This document shows positions 1 to 11,683 of a stretch of DNA of 64,000 nt, piece after piece. The notes under the pieces are model-generated. The model was not told where the DNA came from and did not search any database. It was given only the letters and a program-made list of their open reading frames with translations. How positions within the stretch are numbered: position 1 is the first letter of the stretch; each line of letters starts with the position of its first letter. The DNA comes from Geosiphon pyriformis uo1 (lineage: Eukaryota > Fungi > Glomeromycota): assembly GCA_016748015.1 (NCBI GenBank), contig JAAOMT010000521.1:156907-220906 (forward strand). Direction: 5' to 3'. The translations under genes were made by a program, and so were the position numbers.

Positions 1-139
1 TTGTAATGCCGAAATTTATTTTTCCGATACATACTCGTGTATTTCCAAGATATCATATGATACTAAATACAATGACCGCTCAACACTTGCATTCGTTAAT
101 AAAACTAATCAGTTCTCTAATATTTTGCTTTCTTTTTTT

Positions 140-2672
140 TTAGTTGTTTTGGTGGTGTTTGTAGAGTCTTCTTTTATCTGACGATGTTACGGGAGGAGTT
201 TTAAACCCATCATCATCAACATTATCGAATTCCCGAACTAAGGCGTTAACCAAGCCCTGTATTTATTAATGAAATGATAGTCAGAAATTTATAGTGTCAT
301 TATTCTGGTATAAAAAAATCAAGTCTCACCCGAATGTTCCATGCCACTCTCAATGCAGATTTCAGATGGTGGTAAGTTGAAAATGTAAGCGGAAGATTAA
401 ATGATTTTAGATGATGGAGGAAATATACCTCACGTTTCTCTATCAGGTAGATTCGAACCTGTGTCATATATGTCTGAGCAAATATAAGCGAAGCATGTAA
501 GTACAACTTCTCTTTACGTATATCCAAGTATTAGTAATTATCGCACCTGGATCCCAACAATATATGGCTGTAATACGTTGTTTCCAGCATACAGGAACTT
601 TAATTCTAAGTCATCAAGCATATCCTTCATAATTCTTGGAAGGTTAAATTCATCTGAGGCGAGTTTAGTCAGATTGTAGGTATATGGTCCACCGCAAGCG
701 AGTGCGCAAGCAACCTCGTATTGCTCATAATTACATAGGAGATCCACCTGGTGACTTCGCTCAACTTGTTCGGTAAGTTTATCCTTGTCATTATTTCGAC
801 GGCGTTGGGTTGAGAGGACAGAGATCTCTCCCCTTAACAAAATTTGAAACAAGGGAAAATCATATGTTATGCATGTACAATAAATGGAGAGAGATTCACA
901 ACTTACCATGGAACATAGAAATTTCCATCTAATTTCAGAGCTCCTTGTATTAAAGGAATGATATAGTCGCCAGTCCACTCTCGCTCATGACAGTCATTTT
1001 TAGCGGATTTCGAAGGGACTCAAATGCATCCAGACTATAATGATAAAACAAAAAAACTGATTACATCAAAAAAAATTTGTCATATTGCATGATAAATAAT
1101 GAGTCCAACAACGTACAATTGCCCCGTTACTCGTTCTACCCAACGCTTTATTTTTTCCCAATCAACCTCTGCATATGAGAACCCATCGTCATATATAGGA
1201 GCAGCCAAATTTCTAAGTTCGTACCATCCTTTACGAGCTTGTGATAGATCCATCTAAAATAAAGGAAAAAAACAACGGGAAGTCATCATAAGACAAAGTT
1301 TACTTTCTAACCTGGAAATCCTTACTTTTTGGCTAAACAAGTGGGCGACAAGAGGCTCGATCTCGTGATGGTAAGTCTTCCGGACTGCATTCGGTCTTCT
1401 TCCAACCAACTCAACCCACTGCTTATCGTTAAATTCACCTCTTATTTTTGAAGATGGCGATAGATCTATAATAAAACTGTGGGCCGGGCTAAAAAAAATA
1501 TAAATGGAAAGTGAGCGGTAGTCAAATCATTAATTACCCAATTACTACAACTTACTCATAAAGTGAGCTTGTTTCTTTTGCGAAATAATTCTCCAAAAGA
1601 GGTAATAAGAACGAATCACTTGATGTTTGTTGCTGAGAACAAGACTCAGAAAAAACAACCATAAGAGAAGATGTCACATAGTTGGATGAATGTGATTTCT
1701 CTTCGACTCTTTCTGCATCTTTATCTTTATCGACATCTTCTCGCTCTTTAATTGATATAATTATTTACGAAGGGAACCATAATGTTTTACATATTTCCAT
1801 TAATTTAACATACCATCAAAATCATCATCATCATCTACTTCGAATACTGTATTTGTGTCGGGCTAGAAAGATAAGAGGTCAAATGCTTACTATCAAACAA
1901 AAACATTTTACCAAAAAAATAACAAAAGATACTATACTTGTTTTTTGTCATCTTCTGAAATTATTGTCTCTTGTCTAAGGCGTTTGGATGGACGATCATC
2001 TTTCACATCTGTATTTTCTACACATCTGTCATATGCACGTGCAAGACTCTTGGTTGCGTTCGTGTCAATCTATCAAATAAGTTAGTCTACATATATATAC
2101 ACACACAGATTTAACAACGATTAATTAACATTAATTAACATACATGTGGATCAAGTCTTTTAAAAAACGAGGCAACTTCTATGCGTTGAAATGAACATTC
2201 TGCAGCATTATCCAGCTTATAAGCTTTGTCTTTTGCTTTTTTAAGTGTTGATGTAGACAAGGATATTGAACTCAGATGACTCCTATATTTGTTGAGAATT
2301 TCGTTAAGATCTTCTGATGTCAAATGCACACACACTTTTGCTAAATATTCAAGACAGCCCATATAATTCCAGGCTTCAATCTCTGTGTTACTGAAATAGG
2401 AAGAAATCCCGCTTGAAATATCTAACTATAAAAAATTTAGAATAATTAGTCACTAAGAAATGTGGAATTGTAAGCATTAACTATAAGGAAATCACGGTAA
2501 TGGTATTTCTGGAAAGAGTCTGTTGCAACGAATCGATCTAAGGGGATTACAACTGTAATGAGTCCTAGTAGGCGTTGCAAATCCCTCTTCCAAACATCGG
2601 CTGCAGGAGTCCAAATATAAATAAATAAATGGCCAGGTCACATACAGACGTAGGTATATTTTGTGATACCAT
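140..2672 (-). pseudogene. Multi-exon (~11 exons) Glomeromycota-type gene with C-terminal PD-(D/E)XK / restriction-endonuclease-like domain; one apparent frameshift
   Basis: Hand-spliced GT-AG exons (approx. 2672-2646, 2425-2144, 2069-1938, 1862-1814, 1746-1556, 1488-1326, 1253-1117, 1034-907, 832-547, 473-330, 257-140) give MVSQNIPTS|LDISSGISSYFSNTEIEAWNYMGCLEYL...DPAHSFIIDLS...EREWTGDYIIPLIQGAL...WGEISVLSTQRRRN...RSHQVDLLC..YEVACALACGGP..TKLASDEFNLPRIMKDMLD..IVGIQ. A 1-nt deficit in an A-run at ~997-1001 breaks the frame (mutation or assembly indel). Domain call is by motif resemblance only. Confidence 0.6.
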
Positions 2673-3243
2673 CAGAGCGTGGTATTGACAAAAATGAGTT
2701 TCTGGAAAGAGTCAGTTGCAACGAATCTATCTAAGAGGATTACAACTGTAATGTATCCTAGTAGGCGTTGCAAGTCCCTCTTCCAAACATTCGGCTGCAG
2801 GAGTCCAAATATAAATAAATAAATAAATGGCCAGGTCACATACAGACGTAGGAAACTCATTTAAGTCTAATATACTGGAAAAAGTCAGTTGCAACGAATC
2901 TATCTAAGAGGATTACAACTGTAATGAGTCCTAGTAAGCGTTGCAAGTCCCTCTTCCAAACATTCGGCTGCAGGAGTCCAAATATAAATAAATAAATGGC
3001 CAGGTCACATACAGACGTAGGTATATTTTGTGATACCATCAGAGCGTGGTATTGACAAAAATGAGTTTCTGGAAAGAGTCTGTTGCAACGAATCTATCTA
3101 AGAGAATTACAACTGTAATGAGTCCTAGTAGGCGTTGCAAGTCCCTCTTCCAAACATTCGGCTGCAGGAGTCCAAATATAAATAAATAAATGGCCAGGTC
3201 ACATACAGACGTAGGTATATTTTGTGATGCCATCAGAGCGTGG
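2506..3243. repeat. Tandem array of 4 near-identical units (spacing ~193/173/194 bp), each containing an ~83-nt hairpin
   Basis: The core CTGGAAA(G/A)AGTC..TTGCAACG..ATTACAACTGTAAT..CGTTGCAA..CTCTTCCA..GGCTGCAGGAGTCC..GGCCAGGTCACATACAGACGTAGG recurs at ~2509, 2702, 2875 and 3069. Confidence 0.97.
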
Positions 3244-3282
3244 AGAAGAAAATAAAATTATAAAATTTCTTTCCTGTTTTTG

Positions 3283-3319
3283 TTCAGGTCGTGTTGTTAT
3301 TCAGGTCGTGTTGTTATTC
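3283..3319. repeat. 17-bp perfect tandem duplication (TTCAGGTCGTGTTGTTA x2) just upstream of the array on the minus strand
   Basis: Directly visible at 3283-3299 and 3300-3316. Confidence 0.9.
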
Positions 3320-3667
3320 GGTTAAAAAAATGTCGGTCCCGTGACTCCAGCCTGTTTATTGGTGGATTAGTCATGGGATGTTTACATTTTACGGATATGG
3401 GTATTAGCAATTTCTTATACTGTATTATAGGATTCACCTGAAGCTACTAAGTAAACCCCCCAACATCTATAGTTTGTCATAATTTACAAGGTCGTAAGTT
3501 GCATGAGTCGGTCAATATCGTCTTGTTTGTCTGCAGATCGCTTGTCGAGCCTTAATCCTAAGTACATATATTTTACCTAAATTGTGTTTTGACTGCCTTC
3601 AAGTACATTTTGGTTTACTTCTGTTTTATTATAACCAAGACGCTTTTTAATATGCATCCATCCACAG

Positions 3668-4003
3668 TCACTTCATGAAATAGGCATTATGCATCGCGAC
3701 CTCCGCTGGGACAATGTGTTGAAATTCATTGATTGACAAATGGTTCATAGCACACTATTGGCTCGTGATAACCATGCTTCTTACGTTTTTCAACCCTATC
3801 ACAATGAAAGTGTCAGTCGGATATCTAATTAGAACAGCTTTTGTAGAAGTTCAAGAATTAAGCAATTATGCATCAACGACATTATGGCGGATGAACACTT
3901 TGATAGACCAACAGCTAAAGAAGCATTATGGTGACTTTGGGGTAATTATAGAGATATTCTTAAGGAGGAGTTTTTAGAGGAGGTCACAATGAAGGGTAGC
4001 TAG
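3668..4003 (+). pseudogene. Degenerate CRN/Glomeromycota-type protein kinase fragment
   Basis: After a cacag acceptor the sequence reads SLHEIGIMHRDLRWDNVLKFID, then, across frameshifts and stops, DKWFI, SVGYLIRTA and DRPTAKEALW. These match kinase subdomains VIb, IX and XI. Confidence 0.75.
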
Positions 4004-4241
4004 AAAAGTTGTACATAGCTGGGAGTTTTGTGTAGAAATAGTCAACTTCCATCTCTAAATGGATTAAATTGTGGTAGTATTCTTCACTGTAATTGAAGTA
4101 ACTCAGGCTTACAACAGACTTCCAATATTTACAGAATAATTTGGACTCTCAAATATTTCGAAACAAATTTGCATAAATTACCACATATGGATTGCTATAC
4201 ATAACATTAGTAAAATCTATATATAGGATTATCTGTATATA

Positions 4242-5540
4242 ATGATAAAGAACAACGAATATAATGGCTCCACCGAATATGAAAAAGCAATATGTTTCTT
4301 GGAGATGGGTTGCAATTGTGGTTGCTCAAAAATGATTCCGAGAGAAAGGTTTGCTGAATTACGTGAAGCGTTTCAAGCTCTCTCCAGATCCGGGCAAGAT
4401 ATACTTTTAATGGCCCAGTTGAGAGCAATGAATGGTGGAGAAATAACTGCCAGTCGACGTCTTAAAAAGAAATCGCGTACTAATAAGAGAACTTTTTATT
4501 ATTGAGATCGCAATACGCCGCTTTGTCAGAAAACGTATCTCAATATTTTAGGAATTGGTCGCACTCACTTCGAAAACGTCAGAAATCATCTAGCAACGAA
4601 TGGTATAATACCACGTGTTCATGGTAATGTAAAAAAAGTGCCGCCGTGAAAAATTTTCTCGAAAACTATGCTGAAATTCATGGATTACCAAGTCCTGGTA
4701 GAAACGACAATCGCATTACTCAATCGCTTACACTTTTCCCAGCCGAAACGAGTTACAAATCGGTCAATCGCAATTTTATTGCAGGTCTCGAAAACGATAT
4801 CATGTTGAAATTGTTAAAATATGGACGCATTCCGCAAGTTATGACATCAACTAACGCCTTACATTCAAATCATGAGTCCAAGAACAGATCTATGTGATAC
4901 TTGTCAACGTTTTCGGAATGGTTTGCAGTATAATGCTCGTAAGGAAGAGGAAGCAAAAGATTTGTTGAAAAAATACAAAGAATATCTAGTTAAGGCTAAA
5001 TTAGAAAGAAATTATTACAACAAAAATACGAAATTAGCAGAACAACAGAGAAAATTAGTAGATGAACATTTTATAACAAGAGGTAAAGCTGATTATTGGA
5101 GCGTTAATGCTACCGCTCATTACAGTTACGATTGGGCACAAAACGTTCACGTGTCCCATTACGATCAACAGGTAAGTAAGATTTATTATCTCAGTCCCCG
5201 TAAAGTACATTTATTTGGTATTCAAGATGAAGAGTACGCGAACAAATTAATTACGTTCTTGATGAAGACGAAATTATCGGTAAAGGTCCTAACGGAACAT
5301 TGAGCATGGTTTTCGATGGAATAAAGAAATTGAATAAAGGCGAAAAGCATTTAAAAGTTACTTGTGATAATGCAGGTGGACAGAATAAAAACAATGTGAC
5401 TATTTGATTTTACCTATATTTAGTAATTTGCGGCTATTATGAAAGTATCGAATTAAATTTTATGGTACCTGGACATACTAAATTCAAGTGTGATGGTAGT
5501 TTTGGATTGATTAAGAAACTATACCACAAAACGACTGTTA
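4242..5540 (+). mobile_element. Sola-type (DDD) DNA transposase pseudogene, 3'-truncated
   Basis: Across frames: GCNCGC, LCQKTYLNILGIG, PRVHGN, PRTDLCDTC, HYSYDWAQN (D1), GKGPN, CDNAGGQNKN (D2, ~5364-5395), GHTKFKCDGSFGLIK (D3, ~5471-5515). In-frame TGA stops at ~4503 and ~5405 and several frameshifts; coding-like sequence ends abruptly near 5540. No TIRs recognised. Confidence 0.8.
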
Positions 5541-6088
5541 TTTGACTAAATAAGAGATAATTTGGGGTATTTTATATTCGCCAAAAATAACTAACTGAAT
5601 GCTGAGTCAATTTGCTAGTACTAATTCTCCCTTATCTTTTTATGCTTTAAATTAAATTCCTTACCAATTTCATCTTGCAATCTCGCCCACTAACATTAAA
5701 ATATGTCACTCACTTCACCATTGTACCTTATATTTCTAACTTTATTAATAATAATATGTGGTATTTGTTTACGATATCAAAATTTCATCTGCCAAAATTC
5801 ATGGCTGAATATTTTTAAACCTTAATCTTTAAATATTAAAATTTTTGGAAAAATGAACAACATTAAAATTATTTGGTTTTAATTGATGAATCTCAAATGG
5901 TAATTTTAAATCGAATTATAAAGGGTATTTTACCTCTTGTCGAATAAATTTACTCAATGTAATAATTTTTATAACCAGAAGACATTAAAATATTTTTTTT
6001 GAATTTTCAAAAAACAATGATTTTTATTATATTGAATTAAATTTTCGAAAATTTGTGTTGTAAGCTCGAGCTCCAGAGTAAAAAAAAT

Positions 6089-6316
6089 CTAAAAAAGGGA
6101 GCATAATTGTACCATGATAAAAATGCTATATTGATTTTTATGTGAAAACTCTGGACATTCATAAACTATTAGCTGATTACAATCACAATCAAAACCCGCA
6201 ACCCAAGACTCAGTGCCAGGGCGGATATATTGTACACCGGTAACCAAATATTTCGGGAAAAGAGAAAAACTCGCTGGTATGTCTATTGGTTGATATTTGA
6301 ATATGTTAGTTAACAT
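6089..6316 (-). pseudogene. Possible relic of a class-3 lipase-like gene (C-terminal exon)
   Basis: ORF contains RPGTESWVAGFDCDCNQLIVYEC, resembling the H-x-x-TE-x-WI..DCDC..YEC segment of the lipase genes at 28-55 kb. Confidence 0.4.
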
Positions 6317-6399
6317 TAATTATGGTTGATTATAGATCACAATAAGCCATATCAACAGAATAAATTCTATAAAGTCTAATAACTACTCATTAATTTATT

Positions 6400-9300
6400 A
6401 AACCAATAAGAATATTAAATATATTTCCATGTAAAATTAATTTATATACACCTTTTTAATGAGCTTATTACCATTTTACAATAAATTTTATTGCTACTTC
6501 CTTTCTTTCTCTTTTGAATTATTATTTTTCCTTTCACAATTTATTTTACTATATTACTTTATGCTATATAAATGCTTTCATGGAATTCAAGAATAATAAA
6601 CGACTATAGTATGATAGTTATTATTTTTATTATTAATGAGATAAAGAGTGAATTTTAGTTATTTAATTATTTTATGTGATTTGTTAAAATCCTACTATTT
6701 CATTTCAAAGAATTCTAAATTTTCAAAAAGTGTTATAAAATAAACTAATATTTCTCTTTTTTCAATTAGAAATCTAAAAAATACAATTATAAATTTTTAA
6801 TTAATTTGTCAGTCTGATTGTTTAATTCAATTAAACTTTTATCAAAAATTTTCATAGGTTTAAGCAACATAAATAATAATTTTAACCTTAACTTAATATA
6901 TATATATATTTTTGTTTAATAATGTGTTAGCCAAACACTATCTACAGACATAAAACCAAGAACATTTTATAATAGATACAGTTCGCATGTGATCAGCCAC
7001 TCAGATTTAATATAAATTAAATAAAATTATTTATTTATTTATTATTATGCATAACAAGTGTGGCCCAATTATAAAATATGTATTTTTAACCCAATTCATT
7101 CATTAGCTTAATTTAGACCATCTTTAAATTCGCCTAATTTTAAACAAAATAACACGAAATTCTTTATATTTTTGATTTATTTAGTAATTGTATAATATAA
7201 ATTTTTATAAATAACTATTTTTATAGAGTATTATTATTAAAAAATTATGTTTTTATATTTAAAAAATAGGATAAAAATTTTTATGTATAATTTTTTGTTA
7301 ATGGCTATTATGTTGTATAAAATTTATTTAAAACTAATAAAATTGTTTAAATAAAAATTCATGAGAAAAAATTCTTATTTCTATTTTAAATCTATGATTT
7401 CAATTCAAGTTTAAATTTAATTTTTGGATTTAAAAACAACAAAATGTGAAAAATAGCAGTTAAAAAATTGTTAAAATGTAATAAAATTTTAGCTAAGAAC
7501 AGAATTAAAATTATTTTAAAAATAAATAAGCTATAATACAACATATTATAATCTATAATATAGATAAAAAATTATAGCAATTTTTAAATAAAATAAATAA
7601 ATAAAAAGAGTGCTTGATTAAAAAAAAATTAAGTAATAACAATAGTGTTTTAATTTAAAGAATAATTAACTGAAAAAATAATTCATTATTATATTTTTAA
7701 AATTATAAAAATTATAAAATATTATAAAATAATAACTATTATATAGTTACAAAAAATTTTTTAACTATATTAATATTATATTGTAATTATATTATAACAA
7801 TATAATTATTATATAATATAAATATAAATTAAATATTTATTAATATAATTAAACTATTTAATTAATTTAATTAAAATATTTTTTAATATTATGAAATAAT
7901 TTATTTTGTATAATTATATTCAAAATAAATAATTTTATAAATTATATATTATAATATTTAGTTACTATATTGGTTTAATATAAATTATTATTTTAATTAT
8001 TATTTTTTTAATTAAATTTTTTTGTATAATAACTTGTATAATAAAAGTTGTCATATTAATAAACTAAATACTATATTATATTTAGAAAAAAAACAAGTTA
8101 ATTGTATTTTTATTATAGTTTTAAATTATAATTCGAATTTTTTTTCCTTTTAATAATATTATAATAATATTTTAAAGTAATTTTTATATTAAAATACCAA
8201 GTTTTTATTGTATATATTGAATACTTTAAAGATTGTAATCTTTAATTATATTAATATATATATATAATATTGCTTTTTATACATAATTAAAAAAAAACTT
8301 TTCTATTTTATAAAAAAATACTTATTTATAACATATTTTCTATTTATTTGTTTTATTTTTTATATTATTTAACATTATAATAATACTTATTAAACTATTT
8401 TTTTGTTTTTTAACATAAATACAATATGTATATTACTTTTAAAAACTCTTAAATCTTTTAATATTAATTTTTTATAAAGTATTTTGGTATTATTACATAT
8501 ATACAAGCTTTTTTTATTATAACTAAAAAAATTTATAATATTGTTAAAATTTTTTATTATACAAAAAAACATAAATATTAATTTTTTTACTTAATTTTAT
8601 ATTAATAAAATATTTATAGTAATTAAAAATAGCATATTTTTGTTAATTGTTTAAAAACATATGATTGTTTTATTATTTTTATATTAAATACTAAATTAAA
8701 AATATTTGATTTGTGTAAAAGCTAAATTGTTATTTTAAAGTTATTAAATATATTTTAAAATTGTAATAACATTAATAGTATTAAATTTAATTACTGTTAA
8801 TTATAATTTCGTTAATTATTTAGTTATAATACAAGCAGTATAATTTTAACTAAATAATTATTTAAAAACCAATTTCAAAAGTTCTGAAATTGTTTACTAA
8901 TTGATTTTCAACAGAAAAACAAATTAAACAAGAAAATAAAAGATTAAATTTAATAAATCTAAATTCTTTTTATTGTATACTATAAAATGTTTTTTTAATT
9001 GTTATAATAAGTATAAATAATCACTTATATAATAGAAAACAAATAAAATTTAATAATTTTACAGAAAACACTACTTTTATGTTATAAATTAAAATAACAA
9101 GTTAATAAATAACAAAAAAAAACAGGATTATATTGTAATAAAATTAATTAAAAAATAATTTAACTTTAAAAAGCAAATTGAATTAGTAAAAATTCAATAT
9201 ATAAGATTAATCTCATAAATATTTCAGTTATTATTTTTTTTAAAAATAACAAAAAAATTTGAAAATAAAAAAATAATTTATATTGTTTACAAAAAATAAC

Positions 9301-9893
9301 ACATTAATATAATTTTATGTTTTATATCAATATTCTTAAAATATAATATCAGATATTAATTGTATTTTTTAATAATATTTATTCAATAATTTTCAAAATT
9401 AATAGTTATACAAATCAAAAAAAGATAAATTTTAATTAGATATTTTATTATTAACTTTTATTTTTAATAATAAGAATAATTTATATATTTTTTACTTGAA
9501 TTATTAATATATGTGATTTACTTAAATTATTAATATATTATTTTTATTTGAATTATTTAATATATTTTGTAAATTAAAACTATTGATATTTTTTAAAAAA
9601 ACAAAAATAAAGAATTCAAAACTGATGTTTTACCTTTTTTTTTTGAACACAAAAAATTAACCAGTATTAATATTCATTAATTTTCTTCTTTATTTTGTTC
9701 GATTTCTTAGAATGTTTTTAATTAGGTGGAAATATTTCATTTAGAACTGTAAAATGATAAAAATGATTTTGGTTAACGATAATAGTTTTTTTAGAACATG
9801 GATTTTTTATAATTTGATTTTTTATTATAATTCTTCAATTAAAAATTTTCAAAGAAATTATTGAATCTATTTAATTTTTGTTAATTCTTTCTA

Positions 9894-9924
<31 letters not shown>

Positions 9925-10100
9925 TTTCATAAATTATTTTTGGCTAATAAAGAATTAAAAACAGGCAATTAAATATTTTAATTATAAATTGAGCAATGAA
10001 AATTCTCTAGTTTTAAATATTTTACATTTTATGCGTAATAATTATTATTTTAGAAATTTTATTGAAATACCATATTAAAATACATATGGTATCACAACAT
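6400..10100. other. Extremely AT-rich, CpG-depleted decayed intergenic or TE-relic DNA
   Basis: Visibly dominated by A/T, CG dinucleotides rare, no credible ORFs. Similar tracts at ~18.1-20.7 kb, 38.6-40.3 kb and 59.6-61.3 kb. Confidence 0.7.
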
Positions 10101-10209
10101 TATTTATTGTAAGGCAAGATACCAAAAACGTTATCCGAAGGAGGGTCTAACGGGGATAATTTTTTTATTCTTCTAGCAGCTAATTGAATAATCGTAATTT
10201 ATTGATCGA

Positions 10210-11683
10210 TTAATTTTTATTAATCTCGGCAAGATTGGGAAGTTCTTTTGAAAGATATAAAATGAAAAAGTTATATAAGATTATATTAAATGATAAATTA
10301 AATAGAGAGATATTTCTATTTGATTTTAATACCTTGTGAGAAATCATCTAGTTGCCAACTTAAAATTCGACTTGAATATATAATTTTTGGAGGAACATTG
10401 GCTAAAGATTTGTTTGGTTCGTCATTTTCTAAAATCTTTTTGATGAGTTTATCCGTTTCCTGAAACTGTACATTCTCAATGGTAGGCTTATCGTACTTCA
10501 AGTTATACCACAACTTATGAAGTTTCCCCATTAATTCTTCAGCCGTAGGCCGACACGATGGATTAGGGTTCCAACACATTTCAATAATTGTAACGATACA
10601 AGGTGGAACGAGTGAGGTAATTTCTGGTCTAAGGCCATTTAAGATATCAATCACGAGACCAGCATCATGAGGACGATCAGTGAAGGGAGGCTTTCCTGTT
10701 GATAATTCCCATAATAATATACCAAAACTATAAATATCACCAGCTGTTAAAAATTTTTCACCTTTTAAAACTTCTGGTGGAATATATGGAATCACTCCAA
10801 AAATCTCCTTTTCTGTTTTTTCATCGTTTTCATGTTGACATAATCCAAGATCTCCAATAATTGCCCAATCTTCATCAAGTTGCAGGATATTTCCCGGGTG
10901 TAAATCACGATGAGCCATACCAATAGAATGAATTATACCTAGTCCTTCAGCAATATCTTTAGCTATCGCAAGTTTGCTAACCCAACTAATAGAATAAAAA
11001 TTCAAGGATATATAATGTCGCATATCTCCATTTCCCGCAAATTCTGTTACAAATCCGTATTCAAGTGTCTTCGGATTTTGGGTAATCCCTATTATTGTAT
11101 TAATGTTTTCCAGATATTCTTCAGAATTTTTACGCATGAATCTCTCAATATTGATCTTTAAAAAAAAATTATTTGAATTTTAAGAATAATGAAAAATGGG
11201 GAAAGATTTGAAAATAGATGATTATAAAAAATAATATATTTTTATTACCTCTTTAAAGATTTCTTCATTATTATTCTGCTGTGATAAATTTATAAATTTT
11301 ATTGCAATATCTATTGATCCCCATCTTTTGAATTCCATTTCTCCATTATGCTTTATACTCATTAGATTAATCCTTCCATCTTGCCAGGTTGCTTTGTGAA
11401 TCTCCCCAAACCCTCCTTTCGCAATAGGAGAAATATTCTTTAAATGTTCATACGGAATCCATTCATAGTAATATAATCTATTTTTATGAGGAATATAAAT
11501 TGGATTTCTTATTATTTCGTCAACTATTTGATTTCCACTTGAGAAATACTTATAAAGCATTTTAAAAAATAAGAATTTGCATGCACTACAGTCATTATAT
11601 GATTTATTTTGTTGGCATTTTTGACACTCGTTACAATCATGCGATGTTTCTAAAAGAATATCTTTTTTTACGGGTTTTTTCAT
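10210..11683 (-). CDS. Tyrosine kinase-like (TKL) protein kinase, Glomeromycota-expanded family
   Basis: Exons 11683-11249, 11155-10333, 10244-10210. Motifs KGGFGEIHKA, IAIK, HRDLHPGNIL, IGDLG, GVIPYIPPE, DIYSFG, RPTA; N-terminal CxxCxxC..CxxC and SSGN. Confidence 0.93.

Noticed and set aside
2506-3243. CRISPR array, hammerhead ribozyme or SECIS interpretation of the tandem repeats
   Set aside because: Units are ~190 bp with no unique spacers and no cas genes. CTGATGG and GAAAC occur but not in hammerhead order with supporting stems, and no SECIS core geometry was found.
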